From the NCBI GenBank assembly GCA_004764695.1, contig SMSO01000031.1, forward strand, positions 844,436-908,435: a stretch of DNA of 64,000 bases, written 5' to 3'. The first letter of the stretch is position 1. Every line of letters starts with the position of its first letter. Made by a program: the position numbers and the translations under genes. Below are positions 35,984 through 47,136 of this stretch, piece by piece. This DNA is from Schizochytrium sp. TIO01 (lineage: Eukaryota > Protista > Bigyra: Labyrinthulomycetes). The notes under the pieces are model-generated. The model saw only the letters and a list, made by a program, of their open reading frames with translations, was not told the DNA's origin and made no database searches.

Positions 35984-37624
35984 ATGGACGCTGAGCTCGC
36001 ATTGCTCGCCTCTCGTGTAGTAGGCGTTTCGTATGTTTCGCAAGGATCCGAGGCAGTACGCCGCCGCCAGAAGCTTGTACGGCAACTGCTTGAGCATCGG
36101 CGCTTACCGGCGCGGGGATGGGACGTGACCTCAGTCGAATGGTTTCTTGCCGAAACAGCGCTGCTCGATAGCAACAACTTCGTTGGGAATGTAGGTGCCG
36201 GGGAGCGTGAGGGCAGGGTTGCCTGCGAACTCGTCAGACGCCGCCATTTTGGACTTTCTCACGGCATCGGTCGCTCTGGAGATGTTGGTGCTGTACAGCC
36301 AAAAGCGGCGGGATCTTCGCTAATTTATAAGCTCACAGTCGAGCTCGTAAGGGATCTCGTTCGTCGTGTTCTTGGAATGAATCGTCTCCATGGTGTTCTC
36401 ATGGTCCCTACGGCCACTGGAATGGGTCTGTCACTCGTCCTGCAAGCCCTCAGGCGCAAACGTCAACTTGAGATTGAGAAGAACGCTGGTGTCAACATTA
36501 AAAACGATAGTCAAAACGAAATTAAAGATGGTATCCACGCAGACAAAGACCCTGAGAGCTGCGAAAGTGTGAATGGTTCTGCGGAAAAGACCATGTTGAG
36601 ATATGTCATTTGGTCTCGCATTGATCAGGCAACATGCCTCAAGTGCATTCAGTCAGCAGGGCTTGAGCCGCTTGTCGTGGAGAACAGACTTGTTGGTGAT
36701 ACAGCGTGTACAGATCTTGAGGCGATTGAGAAGATTATCAAAGATAAGGGACCTGATAGTATTGTTGCGGTGCTTTCTACAACAAGCTGCTTTGCGCCAA
36801 GAGTTCCTGACGATATTGAGGGTATAGCAAAACTGTGTGAAAAATTCGGTATTGGTCATGTAATCAACAATGCTTATGGGCTGCAATGCAGCAAATGTTG
36901 CCACTATGTCAATGAAGCGTGCAGGGTTGGTCGAGTCGATGCAGTTGTGCAGTCCACTGACAAAAACCTGATGGTTCCAGTTGGGGGATCCATCATTACA
37001 GGTCCGGATACCGAGTGGATTGAAGTCACCTTGAGCAAGTCGTATGCAGGCCGAGCGAGCATGTCCCCTATTTTAGATGTGTTTCTGACACTTATTTCAC
37101 TCGGCTCTGAGGGCTACATGGCTTTGCGAAAAAAGCGTATCGAGATGATCCCGGAGTTTAAAAGTATGTTAGAGCGGTTAGCTGCCAAGCACGGAGAACG
37201 TGTGCTTGAAACTCAGCGCCGTAACACTATTTCGTTTGCTCTGACGTTGGACAACATTGTCCATGGTGCAGCACATAGCTCGAAGGTTATTTCAGAATTC
37301 GGATCTATGCTTTTTACGCGAGGTGTTTCGGGAGCCCGAGTGGTTGCTCCTGGTATGACAAAGTCTGTAGCTGGAATCAGTTTCAACAACTACGGTGCAA
37401 GTTATGACAACTATCCCCATGCCTACGTCACGGTTGCATGTGCTATTGGTGGCGAGTTTGAGGACATTACAGTGTTGGAAAAGCGTCTCGATCAAACTTT
37501 TACAGACTTTTCGAAGAGACGCGCTAAGCGGGTCAACGTCGATGATAAAAACGATAAAGATACGACAGAGCAGGCTGTCGACGACATCGCCATCAGTGCG
37601 AAGGACGAAGACCCGGAGGAATAG
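35984..37624 (+). CDS. SEPSECS: O-phosphoseryl-tRNA(Sec) selenium transferase
   Basis: DSNNF..VGAGEREGRV, HGIGRSGD..AVQPKAAGSS, TTSCFAPRVPD, HVINNAYGLQ, PLP-binding lysine in VQSTDKNLMVPVGG, GSMLFTRGVSGARVV. Confidence 0.97.
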   Translation: MDAELALLASRVVGVSYVSQGSEAVRRRQKLVRQLLEHRRLPARGWDVTSVEWFLAETALLDSNNFVGNVGAGEREGRVACELVRRRHFGLSHGIGRSGDVGAVQPKAAGSSLIYKLTVELVRDLVRRVLGMNRLHGVLMVPTATGMGLSLVLQALRRKRQLEIEKNAGVNIKNDSQNEIKDGIHADKDPESCESVNGSAEKTMLRYVIWSRIDQATCLKCIQSAGLEPLVVENRLVGDTACTDLEAIEKIIKDKGPDSIVAVLSTTSCFAPRVPDDIEGIAKLCEKFGIGHVINNAYGLQCSKCCHYVNEACRVGRVDAVVQSTDKNLMVPVGGSIITGPDTEWIEVTLSKSYAGRASMSPILDVFLTLISLGSEGYMALRKKRIEMIPEFKSMLERLAAKHGERVLETQRRNTISFALTLDNIVHGAAHSSKVISEFGSMLFTRGVSGARVVAPGMTKSVAGISFNNYGASYDNYPHAYVTVACAIGGEFEDITVLEKRLDQTFTDFSKRRAKRVNVDDKNDKDTTEQAVDDIAISAKDEDPEE

Positions 37625-38060
37625 ATTTAGCTGGCTCAAAGCTAAACTGTACTGATACTAGCAGTTAGAGACCTAAAGAAAGAAAGAAATAAGAGGTTTG
37701 AAATTGTCAAAGAAAAAGAGAAACATCATCGTTATATCAAAAAGCATGTGTAGCAACAAGGTAGTAAGATAAAATCAGATCTGAAAGCAGAAGTCGACCA
37801 ACATGAGCTGGCCGCTCGCTTCAATGAAGAACGAAACGAAAAGAAGAAAGAGAAGATACCGTATCTGCGTAGGCTCCCATGAAGTGTGCGCAATTCACCA
37901 AGCCCCGGCTTTCTCACAGACATCAAGGATGCACTTGCACGCACTCATAAATCACCACGGATTGTGAAAGAGATTGCTTGCTACATCTGCTGCTGTGCGA
38001 AAGCATAGCAAAAAGACACAAGGAGAGCACAAAATAAAATAAAAGTAAGCACAGCGGATT

Positions 38061-40973
38061 TTAGCTCTGAAGCGTAGCAATCTGCTTTTTAGCACGTCCA
38101 AGCTCAGTCTTTTGAACGCCTCCGGCGAAACGCAGGGAGCAAAGAGACTCATTTGCATGTTCATACTCCGGGGACAAGTTGACGATCATCATGGTCTTAC
38201 CCTCACCGGCAAAGCACGGCTGGAGCATGTGTGTAAGCTTGGAGTTCCGGTACGGCACGTGGGCAGTTTTCTTCTGCAAAGAGCTAAATACGCCAGCCAA
38301 TGAGCTAAGCGATTTATTAATAGCCTGAGCTTCCTTAAGGCGGTCGCCAGTCGCGTTGGACTTGGCAATGCGCTCACTGCCGGCAAGATCACACATGCTG
38401 AGGCTGCCCGTGACCTGGGCTTTGAACTCTTTGTTTACACCCGTGATGTACAGAGTGAAAACAGAGTGGCTACGTGATGAGTGCATGTTAGAATCAGTTG
38501 CAGCTACAGAGCGGTTACGCTGAGCAAGGTCAAGTACCTGATGGATTTGGTCCTTTGAAGAGATAGGCTCGCGGTTGACGTTCGATAGGATGATCTCCTT
38601 CTTGGAATCGCGAATCTCGGGTTTGGCATCACTCTTTCCATTACGGGTCAAGAGATCACGAATTGTCTCGTTGTAAATCTCCACATAGGTGGCCTCGAGA
38701 GTGTACTCCCAGCCCTTGGAGCGCAACTCTGTTTGATAGGACATGATCTGATCGATAGCACGAGGAATGATACCTCGCTCTACTGCAGAAGCATGGTCAC
38801 CAGTCATTGTAAAGGTTTTACCACTTCCTGTCTGCCCGTAACTGAAAAGACAGACATTGAAGCCATCGAGAGCGCTCTGAACAAAGTCGCTCACCTCATC
38901 AAAAACTTCTTCCTGAGATGATTTCGGCGCAAACACACGATCAAATTCAAACTCGTGTTTCTGGACTTGCACGCCAGAAGTCTGGGCTCGCTCTGTTGCG
39001 AGCTGTAAGGAGGTACCGTTAACGTCGCACGATACTTGATCATCAGCATCTGTAGTTGAAGGACGCACTCGAGCCACAACACGGATTTTGCCCTTGAGCA
39101 TTTGGACTTCATTATGCAGACGGCGACGGGCTTTGTCTGATTCAAAGAGCCTGTTCTGAGTCTCCTTCAAGGTTGTCTCTGTTTGGCGAAGACGCTCCTG
39201 GAGTTTATCTAGATCGTTTACTTGGCGCTTAAGCATGGCAGCTTCCTTCGAAACCTCACATAAGCGCTCAAGACGTTCATCAGATGAAATTCCTTGTTCA
39301 CTGTATGTCTTCTTGAGAGCCTCCTTCTCACTCTCAAGGGCGTTGTTGGCATCTGTAGCCTCCTTGAGCTGCTGCTGGAGCGTCTCATTTGACTGCTCGA
39401 GTTCCTTGGCTGCAATATTGCGCTTGTTCAACTCCGCTTCGAGCTTTTCAGCACGCACTGTGGCCGCAGCAGCATCGCGCTTGGCTTTCTCAAGCTCACT
39501 AATTGCACCAGCTGACTTTTCCTTAAGGTTGTCAAGCTCTTCTTGAAGGCTTTCATTGGCCGCGACAAGAGCAATTCGAGCATCAGTGACCTCCTTTAAG
39601 TTGCCCTCAAGACGGGCTTTTTCCACTTCAAGGCTTCCCTTGGTGTTGGAAAGGTCAGTGACTCGAACCTCAAGCTTGGCTTTCTCCTCACTCAGCATGG
39701 CAATACGCTCCTGAGAAAAGGTTTGGTTCTGTTGGAAAGTCTCCAAAGTTTTATCAAGGTGAAGATCCTTCTGCTTGACCTGAGATTCCATGTTGGTGAT
39801 TTGTGCTTGCAGAGCAGCGGTGGAGACCTCAAGGCGGTGGACCTCGGCTTCGGTCTTATGGAGTTTTGTGGATGTCTCCTTGATCTCTTCCTGTGCGCGA
39901 TCACGCTCCTTCTCAAGAACCTCTCCACGTTCACGTAAGCGGGGAATCTCATCAGCAATGCGGTCTTTCTCAGAGCGAACTGTCGCAAGTTTTTCCTCAA
40001 ACTCGGCACGCAGACGTCCAAGTTCGGCGTTGTGTTCCTCGAGGCGCCTATTGGCATCCTGGAGTTCTTGCTCCTTTTGCTGTACAGTATTTTCTGCCTG
40101 ATGGAGGCGTATCTCAAGATCATTCTTGCGACCCTCAAGATCTTTGGCTTTCTGGGTGGATGAAGCTTCGCGATCAGCGCTGATTTTGAGCTCGTGTTTG
40201 GCAGTTTGTACCTCGGCACGGAGAGTGGCCTCTTCCTTACGAGCTGCATCAAGAGCCCTTTCAGCTGCTGCCAGTTTTGCTTTGCTTTCCTCAGCTGTAT
40301 GGGCGAGCTGGTCAACACGGAGTTTCGCAGATTCAATAGAGCTGAGAATATTACGTTCGTAGGTCTTGCAAGAATCAACAAACTGGTCGCAGGTAGTGTA
40401 GCTGTCCCGAAGTCCTTGAGCTAGACGCTTGGTCTCAGTCTCGAGGAACTTCTTCGCGTACCCGAAGATCTTTTGCTCAGGCTTTACACGCTTCAAGAGT
40501 AATGACCTCTGCTGTTCGCGCTCATCGGGATCACCAAAGCAACGTGTCACAATGCAGTCAAGGGTTTCTGAGGGGAGCTCAACAAGCATTTCCTCCTCAT
40601 CATGCTGGTTGTTGTGCTGCACAGCGGGTCCAGATGCGAAAGACGACGAAGAGGATGAGGCAGGTGGCTGGTTCTCTCCAGAACGGCGAGACGATGATCT
40701 TGTAACACGAGTGTTGTTTCGTGATTGCTTGTTAGCGGACTTTGTCCAGCCTGGTGCTGGCAATGCACTAAGAACAGGCCCCCGATTGAGTTCGCTGAGG
40801 ACCTTGCGAGCAGATGTGGGAGCAAGTTGGCCGGAGCTCTTGCGTTTCCTGGCAGCTACTGGGCTGCAGTTTTTGTTCTCCTCCTCAGACATGTTTTCTG
40901 AGTCCATTCGAGCTTCTTCGCCATCCTCTAAGTTCTCAAAGTTAGTTGCCGGGTCGTTTTCTACAGAAGCCAT
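38061..40973 (-). CDS. Kinesin-14 (C-terminal motor; KIFC1/Kar3/ATK-like)
   Basis: Long coiled coil, neck RRRLHNEVQMLKGKIRVVARVRP, P-loop YGQTGSGKT, switch I NMHSSRSH, switch II DLAGSER, HVPYRNSKLT. Confidence 0.95.
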   Translation of the reverse strand: MASVENDPATNFENLEDGEEARMDSENMSEEENKNCSPVAARKRKSSGQLAPTSARKVLSELNRGPVLSALPAPGWTKSANKQSRNNTRVTRSSSRRSGENQPPASSSSSSFASGPAVQHNNQHDEEEMLVELPSETLDCIVTRCFGDPDEREQQRSLLLKRVKPEQKIFGYAKKFLETETKRLAQGLRDSYTTCDQFVDSCKTYERNILSSIESAKLRVDQLAHTAEESKAKLAAAERALDAARKEEATLRAEVQTAKHELKISADREASSTQKAKDLEGRKNDLEIRLHQAENTVQQKEQELQDANRRLEEHNAELGRLRAEFEEKLATVRSEKDRIADEIPRLRERGEVLEKERDRAQEEIKETSTKLHKTEAEVHRLEVSTAALQAQITNMESQVKQKDLHLDKTLETFQQNQTFSQERIAMLSEEKAKLEVRVTDLSNTKGSLEVEKARLEGNLKEVTDARIALVAANESLQEELDNLKEKSAGAISELEKAKRDAAAATVRAEKLEAELNKRNIAAKELEQSNETLQQQLKEATDANNALESEKEALKKTYSEQGISSDERLERLCEVSKEAAMLKRQVNDLDKLQERLRQTETTLKETQNRLFESDKARRRLHNEVQMLKGKIRVVARVRPSTTDADDQVSCDVNGTSLQLATERAQTSGVQVQKHEFEFDRVFAPKSSQEEVFDEVSDFVQSALDGFNVCLFSYGQTGSGKTFTMTGDHASAVERGIIPRAIDQIMSYQTELRSKGWEYTLEATYVEIYNETIRDLLTRNGKSDAKPEIRDSKKEIILSNVNREPISSKDQIHQVLDLAQRNRSVAATDSNMHSSRSHSVFTLYITGVNKEFKAQVTGSLSMCDLAGSERIAKSNATGDRLKEAQAINKSLSSLAGVFSSLQKKTAHVPYRNSKLTHMLQPCFAGEGKTMMIVNLSPEYEHANESLCSLRFAGGVQKTELGRAKKQIATLQS

Positions 40974-43187
40974 TTTGGATTCTTCTATTTAAATTGTCAG
41001 CAGCTATGACCTTCTAATCGTTAGCAACTACAAGATTGATGGTCGCCTTTTTACAGCTGATAGGACTTCCACAGTAGCAGTGGTATAATGTTGATGTATA
41101 ACGGGCTGGTGCTGTTGGCCTAGAATAGAACTATACAACCAACTCCAACTACAGAAGCTGGAGAATTTGATGAATTGCTCCGCGGTACCAAAGCAAGGTC
41201 GCGCCACAGCGATAGTGAGTCTATCTGAGGTGGGTTTCTTTCCTGAGCTCAAGCGCCAGTAGGTAGCACTTGAGTTAAGCAAAGAATCAATCTAATAAAA
41301 ATGAGCTCTCGTGTGTTCGGTCTTTGGTCGATGCCGATGCTGATGCTGCGTCAACTTCGTTTGCGCAAGTTGACCGTCGGCAGCAATCTACGATATTGTT
41401 GTCTTTTTCCAAGATAGTTCGCGCTCAAGAACAGGACTTGTCTCCTGTCTTGACCTCACTCGAGGCCCGAGGAGCGGCAGTTGCTTTTTGGGGGTCTGTA
41501 TCGCAAGGAATCGAGGCCCGAGATCACTCGATCATCGAAAAACCGTTTCACGCCCCACTTTAAATTAAGTCCTACACTGCCCCAAAAGGACCATATACCG
41601 CTCCATTTTGTCCTCCCCAGAGGGGGGTGCATTACCTAGAGTGGGTGCCCTCTCCTTGGCGCTAACAAAACCAAGGCGACCGAAAAGAGCGAAGAACGCC
41701 ATTATAATAATAATAATCGTAATCATCATCATCATCGAAGGCCTGAATAAGTGTGGAGTTGGAGTAGCGCTGATGCAGATCGAAAGTCCATGAGCAGAAA
41801 GTTGACGGAAGACTTCGTTTGTCTTGGCTGTGTTATCTGCCCATGACAGCAGTGTAGTAACAAACAAACTTCAAGGTTAGAGACGTTTCGGGTTCGCGCT
41901 GTTTTCAGAGATGGTTCAACTCGCTTCTTGCTGTTGTTGGGTTTTTGGCGACGGTTTTGCCCTCGAGGACAGATAAAGAGCGAAGCGTGCTTTGAGTCAA
42001 CATCAATCTTAAGCATGCCTCAAATGAGCGTGGCTGTCATCGGCTGCCAGCTTCGATGTCGTGGCGGATGAGGTCCGACTGGATTTGAGGAGGAATCGTG
42101 GAGATCCCGCGCATCTGCATCTCGCCGATACTGTCTTTGGGGTAGTGGAAGTAGTTGTAGTAGTAGCTGTTGAGCACGAGCAGTGCTCATTTCATGGAAG
42201 CTCGCATTCACCGTTTTAGTTAGTGCTGTCATCGGGAGGGATGGAGTGCGGCTTCCTACTGTTCAATCATGCCTGCACAGAAGAGATAATGTGTATATTG
42301 ATTGCACAAAAGAAAGCCACCGCCAGCACCATCGTCACCACCAGCACCATCATCATTGAGTGGGTGGCCAAGGGCAGCGCTGTGATCTGATTCGTCAAAT
42401 ATTCACTCGCTGCTGCAGTCGCAATTGCAAACACGTTTGGCTCAACAAATGAATGTAAGTAATCTCCGCTCCATTCTTCAGAGTTCCATGCTCGCCCAAA
42501 ACGGAGTTTCAGGGCTCTTGACAGTTTCGCAAAGCTGCGCACGAAGTAGACACGGACCAAAACTGCCACTTGGGCTGCTATTGTTATTATAATCTATTTG
42601 TTTGCACTGGTGTATGTTTATTTATTCAGTCGAGGACCCGAAGAGGGCCCGAAGATAACAAGTCTGGTGCAGAGCAGAGCAGCACAGTGCTAGTGATCTT
42701 GTAAAGTAGTCAGGGGAATATGCAAATCAATGCCTTGGGCCAAAATGGGTATTATAACTCAAGTGTAAGGAATGATGAGTGTGAGAAAAAAAGAAAAGAA
42801 AAAGAAGAGAACCTTGAAAGAGAAAGAGAGCGAAGTTCTTTATTTTTAAAATTAAAAAAATAAACAAGAATTTGCGTGGGTTAGTGTATTCGTTACGATG
42901 GCTGAGAACCAAAAGTGGTACGAGATAGATTCACGTGCGGATGGATGGATAGATGGATGATGGATGGATGCAGCAAGGAGGTTTTTGGTCACAAAGTGAA
43001 ATGAAGAACGACTGAAAAGAAGAGGAAAGTAGTAGGTACTAGTTATAGGAAAGGTTAAAATGTTGGTGGAATAAAGGCAAAAGGACACACGATTAGATAG
43101 ACTGAATGGCTGGCTCGATAGAAGCTGCAGTCAAAAAGAAGAAAAGATGGAGAGAGGAGATGAGCTGCCCATCGCTCACTCGCTCAC

Positions 43188-44627
43188 TCAAACATTGTCA
43201 AAATCCATGTTGTCAACAGGAGGAACAATAGCGGAAGACAAAACGTTTCGTAATGAGCGGCCCTGCGCAGAACTCAACGCCCGGAGAGGAGTAGCAGGAA
43301 CCTGGTTGTACTGTGTGATCCAGGGATGAGCGAGTACCTGTGCCATACTATACCTCTGCGTGGGGTCAACGCAAATGAGGTGTTTGATAAGGTCTTTTGC
43401 CTCGTTCGAGATTGAATTCCAGGCTTCATCATCAAAGCTCCAATCTCCACGAGTAATGCGAGACCAGATTTCTGCGTCTGTGGAATCTCCATAAGGATCA
43501 AAAGGATGGTATGCTACCAAGATGACATAAAGGATCACGCCAAGCGACCATGAGTCACACTTGTTGGTGTAATTACCTCCGCGGGCGGGCCCGCCAAAGC
43601 CAACCTCGGGAGCACTATATGCACGGGTGCCGCAGACGGTGCGGAGAACCGATTCGTTCGTGTCATCGATGATTTTTGAGAGACCAAAGTCAGAAATCTT
43701 GATGTCTGCGTTGGGGCGGCGGTCAGTGAGAACAAGATTTTCGGGTTTCAGATCGCGGTGAACGATACCATTTTGGTGCATGAAGGCAAGTGCGCTAGCA
43801 ATCTTGCGAACGTGGCCAGATGCATCACGCTCACTATAGGCGCCGTTCGCAACGATTCGGTCGAAAAGCTCACCACCACCAAGCAGCTCCATAACCAGGC
43901 ATACATAATCGGCATTGTAAAAGCAATCGTACAGATTCACAATGTTCGGATGCCCCCTAACCTTACGTAGAGCTCGAATCTCTGTCTTGAGTGTTGCCGG
44001 CCGTGCCAGTGATCTCCGAATGCGCTTTACTGCGACCAGTTGCCCCGTGGCTCGGTTGCGGCCCTTAAATACCACAGCGTAATGTCCTCGACCCAGCTCG
44101 TTTTCCTTGCTGAATGAGACCTCGTAGTACTGATGCAGAAGCGACATGGTGTCACCGTCGGGTCTAAGTGAGAGAGTTCTAGTCAGTTGGAGTCTTCTCT
44201 CGTCTTGCGGCTGCTGCTGCTGCCCCTGTGGCTGCGTTTGCCTCATTTGCTGCTGCTGCATTTGCTGCTGCATCTGCATTTGCTGCTGTGGGTTCTGCAT
44301 CTGTTGCATTGGTTGCTGCTGTTGCTGCTGCATTTGTTGTTGTTGCTGCTGCATCTGTTGCATTTGTTGCTGCTGCTGCATTTGTTGACCCTGCATCTGC
44401 TGCTGTGCGGCAGGATGTTGTGTTGGGTTGAACTGTCGTTGGTTTCCTTGCTGCATTTGTTGCTGTTGAGGCTGCTGCTGTCGCGATGCCGGATGGGGCT
44501 GCTGCGACGCTGTAACTGGGTACGGTGGCGTCGGCGCCATAGCGGCTTGCGAGGTGCCATTGTTGTTATTGTTGTCTCGACGACTGCGCCGCGAGACCTT
44601 GGAGCGGCCACTGTTTTGGTTACCCAT
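43188..44627 (-). CDS. CAMK-group Ser/Thr kinase (CaMK1-like) with a predicted myristoylated, polyQ/M-rich N-terminus
   Basis: MGNQNS (G2, S6), Q/M-rich tract, LGRGHYAVV, VAVK, GGELFDRIV, HRDLKPEN, DFG, APE, DSWSLGVILY. Confidence 0.93.
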   Translation of the reverse strand: MGNQNSGRSKVSRRSRRDNNNNNGTSQAAMAPTPPYPVTASQQPHPASRQQQPQQQQMQQGNQRQFNPTQHPAAQQQMQGQQMQQQQQMQQMQQQQQQMQQQQQQPMQQMQNPQQQMQMQQQMQQQQMRQTQPQGQQQQPQDERRLQLTRTLSLRPDGDTMSLLHQYYEVSFSKENELGRGHYAVVFKGRNRATGQLVAVKRIRRSLARPATLKTEIRALRKVRGHPNIVNLYDCFYNADYVCLVMELLGGGELFDRIVANGAYSERDASGHVRKIASALAFMHQNGIVHRDLKPENLVLTDRRPNADIKISDFGLSKIIDDTNESVLRTVCGTRAYSAPEVGFGGPARGGNYTNKCDSWSLGVILYVILVAYHPFDPYGDSTDAEIWSRITRGDWSFDDEAWNSISNEAKDLIKHLICVDPTQRYSMAQVLAHPWITQYNQVPATPLRALSSAQGRSLRNVLSSAIVPPVDNMDFDNV

Positions 44628-45346
44628 TTTGCTTCAAATCTGTTCCAAGCTTTTCGTAACGAGGTCTATAGGTTCGCAAAATGCGGCGAGAATTTGAGTG
44701 GTTTAGTTTGTGTAAAAATCTTGCGCACAGAAGAAAGAAGGTGTAGTTGACGTGCGAAGAAACAAATCCACTTGCGTCAACGATACTATCTCTTGATAAT
44801 CTCTCAGATTTTGAGTTCCCAAATCCGTGCGTGCTCGTAAAATCCAGGTTTGAGCTGCTTTGAATCAAGGTCTCCTACGTCTCTCGCCCCTCAGGGTTTC
44901 CGCTCCCCGGCAGGCTCCCCTCGACCGATCTTCGTATAGACGGGGCCACAGGCCAGGACTCAATCCGCTGCCCAAGAAACAAATGCCAACTTAATTAATT
45001 AGCCTCTAATGAATGAATGCCCTTCTTAATTACTCACTAATTAAGACAGATAGGAGGATTGATCAGCGGCTGCGAATTCCTGGCCGCTGCCGGCCTCGCG
45101 GTTCTCCTGCGCGGTGCAGAGCCTTCGCGCCTGCACGTCTACGAGTATGCGTTCCCCTCCCTATCCCAGCCTCCTCTTTCCGCACCCCCAGTCGCGGGAC
45201 CGCGCACGCGAGCGAGCTAGAGCGAGCTAGAGCAAGGACGGCGAAGAGCGGCCGCCAGGTCCTTCTCGTTATTGTTATGTTTGCTCTTTCCTTTCCTTCT
45301 TCTTCTTTCCCTCCTTTATTATTGCAACTACTAATAACACAAATGG

Positions 45347-45372
45347 AGATAGATAGACAAATAGATAGACAA

Positions 45373-45412
<40 letters not shown>

Positions 45413-45539
45413 GCAGATAGATAGATAGATAGATAGACAGATAGATAGAGTGGTACTAAGGTATAGAGGGTAAGCATAACCAGGCCTTAAGAGTTTTTTA
45501 ATTTTGTTTTGTTTTGTTTTGTTTTGTTTTGTTTTGTTT
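45347..45539. repeat. (GATA)n and (TTTTG)n microsatellites
   Basis: Imperfect GATA array at 45347-45448 and TTTTG array at 45502-45539. Confidence 0.95.
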
Positions 45540-46083
45540 ATTATTTTATTAATTGACTAGGCGTTTTCATTCATTCCCTGGCTCCATAGCTAGATGTAGT
45601 ACACTTTGTTACCTTGATGAAAAGTAAATAAAAGAAAAGAGAAAAGAGAAAAGAGAAAAAGTGACCATTCGCCGTAAGGCCGCCTACGCCCTCACTAGAA
45701 GGCAGGCAGCCATATCTTCCCTTCTTTCTTCCGCCTTTCTATCTCTCGCGTATTTTATTCGTTGCTTCAAAGGAATTCCTTTTCGTGGTATTTTATTCGA
45801 TGCGCAGAAATGAATGAAATTCCTCTCTTGTCGACCTCTTCTTTATCCCCATCACAACTGAGAACTCACTCAACTAACTCACTAACTTCCTGTGTTTCTT
45901 GCTCTCGCTTTCTGCTCAGAAGCCGCTTTTCGGCCGCGCTCTCGCTGTTTCCGAGGCTTCTTTTGAGCGGTCTGCGGCCCTGGACCAAGGCTTCTCCGCC
46001 TCTTCGCCTGCGTTTCAATTGCTTTCAACGACGCGAATGAGCGAAGTTAAAGCAACGAGTCAATCAAAATTATCCAATGAATG

Positions 46084-46122
46084 ATTCATTCATTCATTCA
46101 TTCATTCATTCATTCATTCATT
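46084..46122. repeat. (ATTC)n microsatellite
   Basis: About 10 perfect ATTC units. Confidence 0.95.
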
Positions 46123-47108
46123 GGTTTCGTTGTTTGTATCCTCATATTGTAAAACTTAAGAGTAGCCTGTTTTATTGAAATGAAAACAAATATGATCTTT
46201 TTAACAGATTCCTTTTAGTGACGACGGATACGCCAAAGTTTGGAGCGAAGAAAAGGCTTTAAAAAAGGTGTTCCGATCGCATCGTACTTAGAAGGTTCCT
46301 ACTGATCGATAGGCGGCAAAAGCATCATGGTCTATCTTCGTTGTAGTTCTTGTTTTGAGGGTATCTTTGGGCCTTTCTTTCAATCCTTCGTGGCGCATAC
46401 TCGTCAGAGGCTTGGGCCGACCTTGCTCTGTGCGGACGAGCCGCCTTCAGGGCCACGTTGTCCTCGAAAAGGTAGCTTTGGCGAGGCTTAAGCCTTCAAT
46501 CCAATCCATTCTGCTAACAGATTCCTTCCTTCATTCGCTCTGTTTTTCCTTTTTCTTTCCTCTTTTTCACCCAAGTTATGATTGTAGTTTGATTTTTAAA
46601 AAATAAAATAAAATTAAAATAGTAATCAATCATTTTAATTTATAAAAAAGCCCACTTGTTTCTCTAAGAATTCGCCTTCATTTCCTCCAGGCACCTACGA
46701 TGGGCCTTCGTTCCTTGTTCACTCAAAGCCGCGGCTGGCGACCGAATGGCGGCGGTCCTCCGCCCAAAACAAGCTTCAACTCCTCAGGGCTGAACTGGAG
46801 GGGGAGACCTGCATTCGGAGCGGTGCCTCTGAAGGAACCAGTCGTACGGCGATCTTCAAGAGCGCCTCTTTTCGTTCGTCCAAACGACCTGTTCATTTCG
46901 ATTTTCGTTTAACCTCGACTTTATTACTTGACTACATCGCAGCTATTTTAATGCTAATCCTCTTCTTCTTCTTCTTCTTGTTCTTCTTGGAAATATAAAA
47001 AAAACAATTCGCACTGTTTAAGAAGTTTTTGGCGATAGCTACAAAGCGAGTAGGCACTGGTAGTACCGTAGGTGTTCCCTCCGCGATCCCCTTTTAATCG
47101 ATGCACGC

Positions 47109-47136
47109 GTCAGTCAGTCAGTCAGTCAGTCAGTCA
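47109..47136. repeat. (GTCA)n microsatellite
   Basis: About 7 GTCA units. Confidence 0.9.

Noticed and set aside
41732-42232. Two in-frame minus-strand ORFs separated by TGA (possible selenoprotein)
   Set aside because: No redox motif or family similarity around the TGA and no recognisable SECIS.
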